From Mobula hypostoma (taxonomy: Eukaryota), in contig NC_086099.1 in NCBI RefSeq assembly GCF_963921235.1, forward strand, positions 104,036,001 through 104,100,000: a stretch of DNA of 64,000 nt, in the 5' to 3' direction. A model generated the notes under the pieces. It was given only the letters and a program-made list of their open reading frames with translations, was not told the origin of the DNA and ran no database searches. A program made the position numbers and the translations under genes. Of the stretch, positions 1 through 11,907 are shown in pieces (the first letter of the stretch is position 1; every line of letters begins with the position of its first letter).

Positions 1-248
1 GGAGGTGGACAAATATTATTTCTTTGTTCAAGTAAGGTAATTTGGATAAACCTCGGATTGGTAGACCAGTGAACCTTATGCCATTGGTGGGAAAATTATT
101 AGAGAGGAGTCATTGAGACAGGATTTACATTTGGAGAAGCATAGACTTGATCAGGGATAGTCAGTGTGAGTTTACATAGGACAGATCATGTCTCACAAGA
201 CTGATTGAATTCTGCAAGGAAATGACCAAACAATTTGATTAAGACAGA

Positions 249-1248
249 TCCCACCACTAAGCACTTCTGCCACCTCCAACGGGATCCCACCACTAGGCAC
301 ATCTTTCCCTCCCCCCGTCTCTCTGCATTCCGCAGGGATCGCTCCCTACGCAACTCCCTTGTCCATTCGTCCCCCCCATCCCTCCCCACTGATCTCCCTC
401 CTGGCACTTATCCGTGTAAGCGGAACAAGTGTTACACATGCCCTTACACTTCCTCCCTTACCACCACTCAGGGCCCCAAACAGTCCTTCCAGGTGAGGCA
501 ACACTTCACCTGTGAGTCGGCTGGGGTGATATACTGCGTCCGGTGCTCCCGATGTGGCCTTTTATATATTGGCGAGACCCGACGCAGACTGGGAGACCGC
601 TTTGTTGAACATCTACGCTCTGTCCGCCAGAGAAAGCAGGATCTCCCAGTGGCCACACATTTTAATTCCACATCCCATTCCCATTCTGACATGTCTATCC
701 ATGGCCTCCTCTACTGTAAAGATGAAGCCACACTCAGGTTGGAGGAACAACACCTTATATTCCGTCTGGGCAGCCTCCAACCTGATGGCATGAACATTGA
801 CTTCTCTAACTTCTGCTAATGCCCTACCTCCCCCTCGTACCCCATCTGTTACTTATTTTTATACACACATTCTTTCTCTCACTCTCCTTTTTCTCCCTCT
901 GTCCCTCTGAATATACCCCTTGCCCAGCCTCTGGGTCCCCCCCCACCCCTTGTCTTTCTTCCCGGACCTCCTGTCCCATGATCCTCTCGTATCCCCTTTT
1001 GCCTATCACCTGTCCAGCTCTTGGCTCCATCCCTCCCCCTCCTGTCTTCCCCTATCATTTTGGATCTCCCCCTCCCCCTCCAACTTTCAAATCCCTTACT
1101 CACTCTTCCTTCAGTTAGTCCTGACGAAGGGTCTCGGCCTGAAACGTCGACTGCACCTCTTCCTAGAGATGCTGCTTGGCCTGCTGCGTTCACCAGCAAC
1201 TTTTATGTGTGTTGCTTGAATTTCCAGCATCTGCAGAATTCCTGTTGT
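249..1248 (+). mobile_element. 5'-truncated Penelope-like element (GIY-YIG endonuclease C-terminus plus pLTR-like tail)
   Basis: ORF 235-819 contains VIYCVRCSRCGLLYIGETRRRLGDRFVEH. The empty site at about 9001-9030 (aagacagagcagtggatgtgg) defines the boundaries. Confidence 0.9.
1116..1153 (+). ncRNA. Minimal type I hammerhead ribozyme in the Penelope tail
   Basis: UAGUC-CUGACGA-AGGGUCUCGGCCU-GAAA-CGUC-GACUG: core CUGAnGA and GAAA, stem I AGUC/GACU, stem II AGG/CCU, GUC cleavage triplet ending at 1148. Confidence 0.85.
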
Positions 1249-3445
1249 TGGATGTGGTGTATATGGCTTTTAGTAAGGTATTTGAGAAGGCTCGCAATAG
1301 CATGCTCATTCGGAAAGTCAGGAGGCATGGTATGCACGGAGAACTGCCCTCATGGATACAGAATTGGCTTGCCCACAGAAGGCAGAGGGTGGTAGATGGA
1401 GCATATTCTGCCTGCAGGTTGGTATCCAGAGGTGTTTCACAGTGATCTGTTATGAGAGCCTTGTTCTTTGAGATATTTATAAATGACTTGGATGAGTAAG
1501 CAGTTGGCTGGGTTAGTAAGTTTCTAGATGTTGCAAGGGTTAGCGATGTTGTGGATAGTGTGGAAGGTGGTCGTAGGTTATAATGGGATGTCCTTACCTA
1601 CCTTAACCACTGCCAGTAGCCATTAACCCCAAACTGAGTGTGTACCTGGTATCCGGAGTGGGAACCTGAAAGAATAATTTTCTGAATGAAATCGAACATT
1701 TGGAAACTCTAACATAGCAAATCCGATCACATCTGACGCTGGAACGGACATCAGTGTGTCAGTGAAATCTGACAGATGGAGGATGGATATGTATTGTCTC
1801 TTTTTTACAGTATGTGCGGTTAAGCAAAGTCAGGATCAGAATTTAATCTGCTTTGGCCACCAATGCTGAGAAAATTTTCTACTTGGATACTGATTACACT
1901 GGGTCCACCACAGCAACCTGGGCAAAGTAGCTAGGTGGTATTGAAAGAGCTGCATCAAAACATAACTTTGGAAATTATTGGATGCAACAGCCAAAGAAAG
2001 GGAAGCAGTTTCTGACATTAAATATACTGCTTGTGTTGTTCAGGAATCTCGTGGTTGTCAAGTGCAGGTTTTCTGAAAAAAAACACGTGTCTCTGTGATG
2101 AATTTTAGATGTGCTGATTAATTTGTTCATTTTCATAAACTACTGATATGGGGGAATTTAATATATTAAGAGTTCATTTGACCAGTGCAGTAGAAGTTGG
2201 GTCCAGGCCTTGAACCTCCCGCGGAACTCATTATCTTTGTTAATGGAGAACAATAAAAAATTTTATACACACTTATAACAGATTGCTTCTGTTTACTCCA
2301 ATGTGCTTGTAACATGGCTGATCTGGGAACAGTCTTTTTGCTTGTTGTGATATATTTCCAATGATAAGCAAACAGGAGCAAGTATAGACTTCAATGTATA
2401 GAACATCATGAAATGTCAAACAAGCTGACTTCCTGGAAATCACGTGGCCTCACAAACACTGGCTGCAATCTGTGCTGCAGTTCTGAATTTCACTGATGTT
2501 TGTACTTTCCCCAGGGGGAGGAGTCAACACGGCTCCAGGCTCCACAATTCACAAATCTGGGAACTAAAACTTGAACCAGCTCCAGAAAGCCCTGAAGCTG
2601 ATGTTTTGTCACTCTTGGACGACGAGCACAATGAACAGTTGTTGCTGCAGCAAATATTCCAGCAAAAGCCTTATTACAGCACATAATAACCTGGTCAGAT
2701 CTTGCAATATTGTCCAATTTGCCCCTCACCAGTTCTACACACAAATGTTTTTGCTTACATATAAACCCACTATCTATACATAATACATCGTATCATTCGT
2801 GTGTGGGACTGGTAGGGACATTGGGGAAGTGCTAAATAAATTCCAGAGAATAATTGAGTAAAATACTTCTGATTTAAAAGTTTAATTGAGTAAGCTTATT
2901 CAATGGCAATTATCAAAGGATATAGCATGTTTCAGAGACCAGGCTCTATTCTATAAGTCCTAAAAGTTCACATCTGCACAAAACTGCCTGACTTGCTGAG
3001 TTCCTCTAGTATTTTATGTGTGCTTTTGAGAATATTGTAATATAGTTGTCATCAGGTATAGAATGGCTTGAGGACTAGACATTATTCTATACAGCAAAGA
3101 CTGCATATCCTGAAGGTATAAGTAAACACATACTCAAGACTCCTGGAGCTGAAAAACAGCAGCTTCAGCATCGCAATAAGCCTATCTGTGAGCTGAGTAT
3201 GATTTGGGATCCCCGAAAACTTTAATCTCAGTGCTGAGGCGTGCAGGGATTTAAAATGTGAACCCTGAGGATGGATAAGTTTTAAGAATGATTCCAGGTC
3301 TGCAACCAATGCAGCAACATACTGATTCTTCAGACAAAGTGTGGATTGTATCCAATGTTGGAAATATCTATGTGTTTTCCAAACCTGCAACATTAAAGAG
3401 CTGGGAGACATGCTGCAACATGAAGATTTTGAATGGGAGAGCAAT

Positions 3446-3454
3446 TTCCTGGAA
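3446..3454. promoter_or_regulatory. STAT GAS motif TTCCTGGAA upstream of copy 1 (second one at 2430-2438)
   Basis: Matches TTCN3GAA. Homologous sites: TTCCGGGAA at 17877-17885, 32507-32515 and 59525-59533; TTCCAGGAA at 47991-47999. Confidence 0.5.
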
Positions 3455-3727
3455 ATCGCAGGTATAAACTCCAACTTGTAGTGAGCATGCTCTCCTGAAC
3501 TGCAGACTTTCCAAACCTGTGAGAATAAGGCCCAGAACTGGAATTTGAAAGCTAGAAAGCAAACAATTGGTTCATTTGCACCATTAACTTTGCTAAAAGT
3601 GAATTATTCATTTCTTCCTGAAAATAAACAAATCAATCTTCAAATTAGTCCAACAGAATCAACAGCTATATTGATAGATAATCCTATTACAGCTCTGAAG
3701 CACACACATGCTGAAATGTAAAGCTAC

Positions 3728-3843
3728 AGAAGTGAAAGTAGATCTGAGCTGGGAGCAGGAAATCCCCTGCTTCAGAACGTCAGTGTTTGGCAGAGTTCCC
3801 TGCATGAGATTATGCAAATTGGAGAAGAGTGTCCCAATAAATA
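3728..3843 (+). promoter_or_regulatory. Proximal promoter of copy 1: IRF element, NF-kB site, C/EBP-octamer composite, TATA-like box
   Basis: AGAAGTGAAAGT at 3728-3739 (IFN-beta PRDI-like), GGAAATCCCC at 3758-3767 (GGGGATTTCC on -), TTATGCAAAT at 3810-3819 (contains ATGCAAAT), AATAAATA at 3836-3843, about 90 nt before the ATG. Motif match only. Confidence 0.7.
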
Positions 3844-3931
3844 GAAGCTCACTGAATGGTTTCAGCGTGTCTTGATTCAGCAGAGAACAGCTGCATTGAA
3901 CAGAAGATCCGTCTGCTGTACAAAGTGGAAG

Positions 3932-6727
3932 ATGGACAGAACAGCCACTGTGACCATCGTCATCCTCCTTCTGTGTGCCATTGCTGCACAGGGTATGTTG
4001 AGATATCTGAACTGGAGTTTTATTCAAGTGATGTATATATTTTGTGGTTCTTGTATTGTTTACAATGTAGAAAGCAATTAAAGTGAGGAATATTTAAATA
4101 TCTGTAACTGTAAATTGCATCAGCATCAGATTTATATAAGATTAATTCATGCAGCTTTCCTGCAACATTTGATAGTGAGATGTGCAAGCTCCTGTCTGGT
4201 GATGCTTTGATGAAGCAAAAACACTGAGGGAGTATCAGCAAGTTTTACAGGTTTTGTTCTCCTTGAAGCAACAATGAAATCTGAGTGAAGATAATCTTTC
4301 CTCAGGTGTTCCGATCCCAGGAGCACAAGGACGGTGCCATTGCATTCGAACCAGCTTTGATATTATTCATCCGACGTCCATCAGGAGCTTGAAATACATT
4401 CCCAGTGGATCCCACTGTGACAGAGCAGAGCTAATGTGAGTAAAGCAGCCAGATTATCAACTTTAACTTCATTCCTTTACTGATGTTTATTTCATAAACT
4501 GTGCACCTCAAGAGAAGACATACTGTTTCTGTGAATTAAATTTTGAATGATACTGTCTTTTCGCAGTGTCACCCTGAAAAATGAGAAGAAAGTGTGTGTG
4601 GATCCTGATGCCAGGTGGTTGCAGGCTCTCATAACAGCCATGAAAGGTCAGTGTTTGGTGCTTGTCAAAATTTTACTCTTAAGCTGCTAAGTAACGTAGA
4701 TGTAAAGAATTGTTTTTGCTGTGTGACTCTGGCCCTTCATAGTGGAGGGAGCTGTCTGCTCCTCACTGTCGTTCCTGCCGTAACCTGGAATGACAGCAAA
4801 CTCATTCGCCATGTTTGCTGTCAGAGCTGAGCCTCTCACATTATTAATGTTCCTTGGAACTGTGGTAGGGACCAGGAAGTAGAGATTGGGTCACCATAAA
4901 GCTATTAATTGCAGAACTGATGTCTAATACTGTTTATCACACCTTTTAATAAACGGGACGTTTTCAGAATGACAGGCGGTGACTAGTGGGGTACCGCAAG
5001 GCTCAGTGCTGGGACCCCAGTTGTTTACAATATATATTAATGACTTGGATGAGGGAATTAAATGCAGCATCTCCAAGTTTGCGGATGACACGAAGCTGGG
5101 TGGCAGTGTTAGCTGTGAGGAGGATGCTAAGAGGATGCAGGGTGACTTGGATAGGTTGGGTGAGTGGGCAAATTCATGGCAGATGCAATTTAATGTGGAT
5201 AAATGTGAAGTTATCCACTTTGGTGGCAAAAATAGGAAAACAGATTATTATCTGAATGGTGGCCGATTAGGAAAAGGAGAGGTGCAACGAGACCTGGCTG
5301 TCATTATACACCAGTAATTGAAAGTGGGCATGCAGGTACAGCAGGTGGTGAAAAAGGCGAATGGTATGCTGGCATTTATAGCGAGAGGATTCGAGTACAG
5401 GAGCAGGGAGGTACTACTGCAGTTGTACAAGTTCTTGGTGAGACCGCACCTGGAGTATTGTGTGCAGTTTTGGTCCCCTAATCTGAGGAAAGTCATCCTT
5501 GCCCTAGAGGGAGTACAAAGAAGGTTCACCAGATTGATTCCTGGGATGGCAGGACTTTCATATGAAGAAAGACTGGATGAACTGGGCTTGTACTCGTTGG
5601 AATTTAGAAGATTGAGGGGGGATCTGATTGAAACGTATAAAATCCTAAAGGGATTGGACAGGCTAGATGCAGGAAGATTATTCCCGATGTTGGGGAAGTC
5701 CAGAACGAGGGGCCACAGTTTGAGGATAAAGGGGAAGCCTTTTAGGACCGAGATTAGTAAAAACTTCTTCACACAGGAGTGGTGAATCTGTGGAATTCTC
5801 TGCCACAGGAAACAGTTGAGGCCAGTTCATTGGCTATATTTAAGAGGGAGTTAGCTATGGCCCTTGTGGCTATGGGGGTCAGGGGGTATGGAGGGAAGGC
5901 TGGGGCGGGGTTCTGAGTTGGATGATCAGCCATGATCATAATAAATGGCGATGCAGGCTCGAAGGGCTGAATGGCCTACTCCTGCACCTATCTTCTATGT
6001 TTCTATGTTTAATTCCAGCTGAGATTAATGAATGAAGAATGATCTTTAGTCTAACCAGTGATGTTTGGAATAAAATATTAAATAATGATTTTCACCATTG
6101 GTTGCAGCCATAGAATAGGGGCAGTTGGGTGAATAAATTATTGGGGTGCCAATTGCAGAGAATGCTTTGTCCTGGATGGTCTCCAGCATCTTGGTGTTGG
6201 AGCTACAGGCAGTGTTTACTCTCTAGAACAGGGGTTCCCTGCATGGGGGGTCTATGGATCCCTTGATTAATGATGGTGTTCACTCTCTAGAACAGGGGTT
6301 CACAACACGGAGTCCACTGTATAAAATGGCAGGAAGGCCTGCTCTAGAATTTTTCCTTGTAAAGAGATGATAGGATGATAAATTGGTGCCAGGAAGTGAT
6401 TCAACTCAGATTAATACAGTGGATAATGAACTGTTGATGCCAGGGAAGTCAGCAATGGTACCTCACATGCCTACATGGTGTAACTTTGTGAGAAGTTAGA
6501 AATGAACTTGAACACAGTACAATGCAGTTTGGTTTATACTGTTTGCAATATCAATGAGGTATGAGCAAGTTTCCAAGGCATCTTTTTGTGGAAAGTCAGT
6601 TTGAAAATTCTTTTAATGCTGTTGCTTGAGACACTATATGCTGAAAATCTGTGGGTAATGATACAAATTATTCAATTATTTTACAGGTGGAAACAACACT
6701 AATCAAAAAACTGAAGCTGCAAACTGA
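3932..6727 (+). CDS. CXC chemokine copy 1 (non-ELR, CXCL9/10/11- or fish CXCL8-like), 4 coding exons: 3932-3992, 4306-4435, 4567-4646, 6687-6727; 103 aa
   Basis: Manual splicing at GT-AG sites with chemokine-typical intron phases 1/2/1 gives MDRTATVTIVILLLCAIAAQGVPIPGAQGRCHCIRTSFDIIHPTSIRSLKYIPSGSHCDRAELIVTLKNEKKVCVDPDARWLQALITAMKGGNNTNQKTEAAN*. It has a hydrophobic signal peptide, C-X-C (C31/C33), C58, C74 and a VCVDP..W motif. Exon 4 is the least certain exon. Confidence 0.92.
4951..6007 (+). mobile_element. 5'-truncated young CR1 LINE in intron 3 of copy 1 only
   Basis: RT motifs GVPQGSVLGP and KFADDTK; (TTCTATGT)2 tail; TSD TTTAAT at 4945-4950 and 6008-6013; empty site in copies 2-5 (e.g. 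31001-31030). Confidence 0.93.
6229..6341. mobile_element. hAT (Charlie-like) MITE remnant in intron 3 with a duplicated left end
   Basis: CAGGGGTTC termini at 6229 and 6293, each preceded by CTCTAGAA; CTCTAGAA also follows at 6342-6349 (8-bp NTCTAGAN-type TSD). Homologues lie in intron 3 of all copies. Confidence 0.6.
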
Positions 6728-8329
6728 GCGAATGAATTCCATCTCCAGATTATCCGATGGGGAATGATGGAAGCTCAGCCCTGGGTGTTGACCCTGTGAT
6801 ATCACCATCCAGTGGTTCATTCCAGTGTCCTCTTCATTGTCTTCTGAGAGTGATCTTGGAGTTCCTTCCTGTCACAGGACATTTTTTGACCTGGACACAT
6901 GACCTGTTTGTATTTGAGGCCACCATCTGATGTTTGCGTTGAACTTTGCACAAATCTTAGGTTTCTTGTGCCATTTATGGTAATTAAAGTAGATTCTGGA
7001 CCTGTGACCTTGTGGAAAAGTGTAAATGAGACTGGAGTCTTTTGCTAAAACTTAATATTAGCTATCGGGTTGGGAGATGATGGTGGTATTAAACTAAGAT
7101 GGTGGATGAATCTCCATGACTACAGAGTTAAAATGATCTCAGGCCACAAGGGAAGCCAGTGATGAGGTGGTGGACTGTGCTCTTTGCCATCCCTGAAATT
7201 AAAGCAGGTGAACCCATGAGATTGTGTACAACGATCCCCACTCCTATCTTCCTCTTTCCTGTTTAAATTCTGTTCGGAAATGGTGATATACTGATGGAAG
7301 TACATTGGACCAAATGTGTTCTAATTTGAATGAAACATTCTTCTATAGAAATACCAGTGCAAATGTTTGAAAATCACTCTGTGCCTTTTTACTGCAATGT
7401 TTTTGACAGTTGATATTTTCATTAAAATATGGTGTTTTCTTTGCAAGTTGCCAGATTTTAGAACCTATCTAAAATTTGTTGAATTAATTCTCCGTTGATG
7501 CAATTTTTATGTAAAATATCTACATTTTAGAAGATAGTGCTGCTAATAGTCTGATAATCACTGGATGAAATAAAAGTTTTAAGTAAGAATAAACTTTATA
7601 TGTGGATGGAAATATTTTGTCTTGAGGGAACTTTTACTGACTGGATTCAGTTTATCATCCATCAAAGCTGGACTTTTGATATATGTGAATGAATTTGTTG
7701 AGCATTCCTCAAATGTATTTAGGAAGTTAAAATAAATTGTATTTCTAAAAAGAATTTGTTGTCAGTGGTTCTGAATCTTCAGTATATGGTCCTGTGTTTC
7801 TTCATTTAATAAATGAACTAATTAAAGAATGAAGAGCAGTGGGTCCTCAGCCAAATCTGCACAATGGCTGTGGGGAATTTCAGCGGGTTTTAAAAATTTC
7901 AGTTTAAATCTAACGTCTTGTATGAATAGAATTAAGATAATGGGTAATAATTTCAAGGGAAATTTATCATAAGCACAATGTACATTTGTAAAATGTTCAT
8001 AGTTCAATATATTTGAGCTCAAGTTTGCCTCATGACACTTTAAATATTTGCATACAACGCCTGAAATGCCGGTAAATTGAAATCGCTGAACTCATCTTGG
8101 TTAAAACACACTGAGATAGTTGTGACATTTAGTCAACTGCACAGATGAAGGGCACAGGTTAGTACAAAGTTACTGAATTGTGGAATCGTTGAGAAAGCCA
8201 GGAGATTCTTTGTCAGGACAATTTACATACCTATCATTGTAACTTAACACAGACGAGCTGGATCTGCAGTGCAATTAACATCAGACCAGAAACTGAAATT
8301 TTAGGCTTTGAGAATTATAAGGTAGCCAG

Positions 8330-10171
8330 GAGGAGATTAAGACTGGATTTTGGAGAGCTAGAAAAGGACGTGAGAAGGCCTTGGTGAGTAAGATTAAGGA
8401 AAACATCAGCACATTCTACATGTGCTGTATGTGAAAAACCAGAGGATGATGAGCTTGAGTTAGGAGTGTCAGAGATAAAAATGGAAACATTCTTTTATTG
8501 GAAGGATTAGGGGAGGTCCTCAATGAATACTTTGTTTCACCATTCACCAGTGAGAGGGAACTTCACAAATGTGAGGCTATCATTGAACAGGCTGCGACAA
8601 GAAAAAGGATGTGTAGAACTCTTGAGAAACATTAGGATAGGTAATTCCCTGTGACTGAACGAGGTTTACCCCTGGGTACTAAGAGAGCAAGGGAAGGGAT
8701 TTCTGCACCTTTAGTGATGATCTTTGCATCCTCACTAGTAACAAGAGTAGTACCAGAAGATTGGAGATGGACAAATATTATTTCTTTGTTCAAGTAAGGT
8801 AATTTGGATAAACCTCAGATTGATAGACCAGTGAATCTTATGCCATTGGTGGGAAAATGATTGGAGAGAAGTCTTTGAGACAAGATTTACATTTGGAGAA
8901 GCCTAGACTTGATCAGGGATAGTCAGTGTGAGTTTGCAAAGGACAGCTCATGTCTCACAAGCCTGGTTGAATTCTGGAAGGAAATGACCAAACAATTTGA
9001 TTAAGACAGAGCAGTGGATGTGGTGTATATGGCTTTTATAAGGTATTTGAGAAGGCTCCCAATAGCAAGCTCATTCGGAAAGTCAGGAGGCATGGGATGC
9101 AAGGAGAACTGCCCTCATGGATACAGAATTAGCTTGCCTACAGAAGGCAGAGGGTGGTAGTAGATGGAGCATATTCTGCCTGCAGGTTGGTATCCAGTGG
9201 TGTTTCACAATGATCTGTTATGAGAGCCTTGCTCTTTGTGATTTTTAGAAATGACTTGGATGAATAAGCAGATGGCTGGGTTGGTAAGTTTCTATATTTT
9301 GCAAGGGTTGGCAATGTTGTGGATAGTGTGGAAGGTTGTTGTAGGCTATAATGGGAAACTGAAGGATGCATAAGTGGGATATGGAGTTTAATCTGGAAAA
9401 GTGTGAAGTGATACACTTTGTAAGTTTGAACTTGAAGGCCAGGTACAGGGTTAATGGCAGAATTCTTAGCAGTGTGGAGGAACAAAGAGATTGTGGGGTC
9501 CTTGTATGTATATCTTTCAAAGATGATGTGCAGATTGATAAAGTGTTTGAGAACGCCATGATGTTTTGCCTTTCAGAAGTTGAATAACAGAGTTGAAGAG
9601 TTACAAGATAATTTTGCATTTCTGGACAACTCTGATTAGACCATACTTAAAATATTGTGCTCATTTCTGATTGCCTCATTGTAGTGAGGACGGGGAAGCT
9701 TCAGAGAGGTTGCAGAGGAGATGGGCTGGATCAGACATCATGTATTATGAGGAAAGGTTGAGCAAGCTTGGATTTTCCTCTTTGGAAGTAGGAGGGCGAG
9801 AGTTGACTTTACAGCTGTGTAAACAATGGTGAGAGACATTAACAGAGTGAACATTCAGTGTCCTTTTCCCAGGAGGTAAATGATGTATATGAGAGGACTA
9901 AATTTTAAGGTGATTAGAGTAAAGTATAGGTGCAGGTCAGAGCTACGTTTTTTGTACAGAGATAGATGGCTGCATGAAACGAGATGTCAGGGTGGTGTTG
10001 AAGGCAGATACATTAAAGGTATTAATGATAGGCACGTGGATGGAAGAAAAATGGAAGGCAATGTGTGAGGAAACATTGGAGTGATTCTGGAGGAAGTTAA
10101 AATGTCGACACAACATCATGAGCCAAATGGCTTGTATTGTGTTGTACTGTTATATGTTCTATGTTCTATGT
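8330..10171 (+). mobile_element. Old degenerate CR1 LINE, 3' part
   Basis: Broken ORF2 (KWDMEFNLEKCEVIHF) and (ATGTTCT)n tail at about 10153-10171; left boundary approximate. Confidence 0.85.
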
Positions 10172-10196
10172 CAGAAAACTGAAGTTGGCATCAAGA

Positions 10197-11697
10197 TGTC
10201 ACAATGGCGGGACATTGGGAGCAAGGGTGGACCCAAATGCAAGACACATCTTGTGAGGTTAATTAAATTTAGTTTATTGTTCGAAACCAGGAGAGCAAGG
10301 CAGGAGTAGGAATAGCGGACTGAGGACTATGACTGGACTGGGACCAAGGGTCTGGTTTAGGACTCGGAATCGGTTCCCAGAAATAGAGGAGACATGAAGA
10401 TGCTAGGGTATGGACTCTGAACCCGAGACTGGGCAAGGACCCAGTACCTGGGTCTTGCCTCGGGCTCGGACCCCAGAACCAGGCAAGGACATGACATGGG
10501 CTAAGGAGAGGAGGAACCTGGGAACACAGACCCTCGGTCTCGGGGAGCAGCTACATGGAACCATGGATACACACACAGAACACAGAGTCGGGACCCCTCC
10601 TTGGGTGCAGGACATAGGGCTGGGACCCACACACAGAACAGAGAGCCAGGACCCCTCCTTGGGTACAGGACATAGGACTGGGACTCATGACCCCCCGCGG
10701 GGCAACGGCAAGACGGTCTGACCTACCCCATGGAGGTGAGAACAAGACACGACAAGACATGACTCCCCGTGGGGCAACAACAAGACAGCCAGACTTACCC
10801 CCACTGAAGCGAGGACCAGACAAGACAAGACATGAGCCCCTGCGGAGCAATGGCAAGACGGCCTGACTTACCCCATGGAGGCGGGGACAAGACAAGACAA
10901 GACCAGCACGAATGAACACCAGACAGCACCTATCTAGCTCCGGTGATGGAACTAGACCAAAGTGCAGGCAGGGGCTGCAGACGAGGGCTAGAGGTGAGAG
11001 GGGCAGAGAAGGGATTCAGACAAGGGGGTAGGACAGGAATCACAGATCGCCAGGGCCAGGACTTGACTCAGAACTAGGAAGCCACCAGAGTCAGGACTTG
11101 ACTTAGTGCTTGAATGCCGCCAGGGCCAGGACTTGACTTGGTGCTTGAATGTGGCCAGGGCCAGGACTTGACTTAGTGCTTGAATGCCGCCAGGAACAGG
11201 ACTTGACTTGGTGCTTGAATGCCGCCAGGGACAGGACTTGACTTGGTGCTTGAATGCTGCCGGACCCAGGACTTGACTTGGAGCCTTCGGGTAGTGGCGA
11301 GCTCGCGACTCAGCCCAGGAACAGTAGACAGCAGTTCTTGGTTCCCTCCGGCGGGTTAACTGATGGACCCACCTCGGTGAGGAAACTTTTCAAGCTCGCT
11401 TTGGCAAGGTAACTGGACAGAGTTGTTCCAGTGAGGAGAGGCGAATTACCGGCACTCACTTCGGCAGAGACTAGGCTTGCTCCGGCCAGATGACATCGGC
11501 ACACCGTACCTTGGTTGACTTTGCAGACGCTCCCACACCGAACGGCTGAAAGCCAGAGACTATAAACTACTGGTTCAGCCGAGTGTTAATTGCCTCTAAT
11601 CACCAAAGTCAAGGGATATGGGAAAACAGGGAATCAACGGTCCGGATCGTAACATAAACAAGCTAAATTTAAAGGGACCCCGATCCGGACCATGACA
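10197..11697 (-). mobile_element. Solo LTR A (1501 bp)
   Basis: TGTCA...TGACA termini; 5-bp TSD CAAGA at 10192-10196 and 11698-11702; empty site near 26835-26850. Strand inferred from a minus-strand AATAAA at about 10273-10278. Confidence 0.85.
11051..11281. repeat. 35-bp minisatellite, about 6.5 units, inside solo LTR A
   Basis: Unit CAGGGCCAGGACTTGACTTGGTGCTTGAATGCCGC starts at 11051, 11086, 11121, 11156, 11191, 11226 and 11261. Confidence 0.9.
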
Positions 11698-11838
11698 CAA
11701 GAATAGCTGAAGTGTCAGCATGGACCATTAAATGTCACATTTCTTATTGCTAATTCACAGGTTATCACTAATTGTTATACCCAACTGTCCCTTAAACTCA
11801 TTAACAGGAGGGTGAATAACAGGAAAAGGAATTAAATC

Positions 11839-11870
11839 CGTGCGTGTGTGTGCATGTGTGTGTGTGTGCA

Positions 11871-11906
<36 letters not shown>
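11839..11906. repeat. Interrupted (TG)n microsatellite
   Basis: Directly visible. Confidence 0.95.

Positions 11907-11907
<1 letters not shown>

Larger units (their letters stand above)
1..1588 (+). mobile_element. Old degenerate CR1 LINE fragment (1-248 and 1249-1588) split by a Penelope insertion
   Basis: Paralogous to about 8764-9356; degenerate RT translation DVVYMAFSKVFEK...WIQNWLAHRRQRVV. Confidence 0.85.

Noticed and set aside
2166-4241. Recurrent 60-130 aa ORFs in the promoter and introns (e.g. 2444-2686, 3082-3474, 3659-4027) repeated in most units
   Set aside because: They recur because of recent duplication, have no recognisable motifs, often use non-ATG starts, and several are broken by indels in some copies.
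4306-4345. Assigning the symbol CXCL8/IL8 or CXCL11
   Set aside because: ELR is absent, but fish CXCL8 often lacks it too; orthology needs phylogeny and synteny.
5248-5772. Antisense or alternative-frame ORFs over CR1, Penelope, Gypsy and LTR sequence
   Set aside because: Shadow frames of TE sequence with no independent evidence.
11051-11281. 35-bp repeats as a CRISPR array
   Set aside because: Units are head-to-tail with no unique spacers, lie inside an LTR, and the context is eukaryotic with no cas genes.
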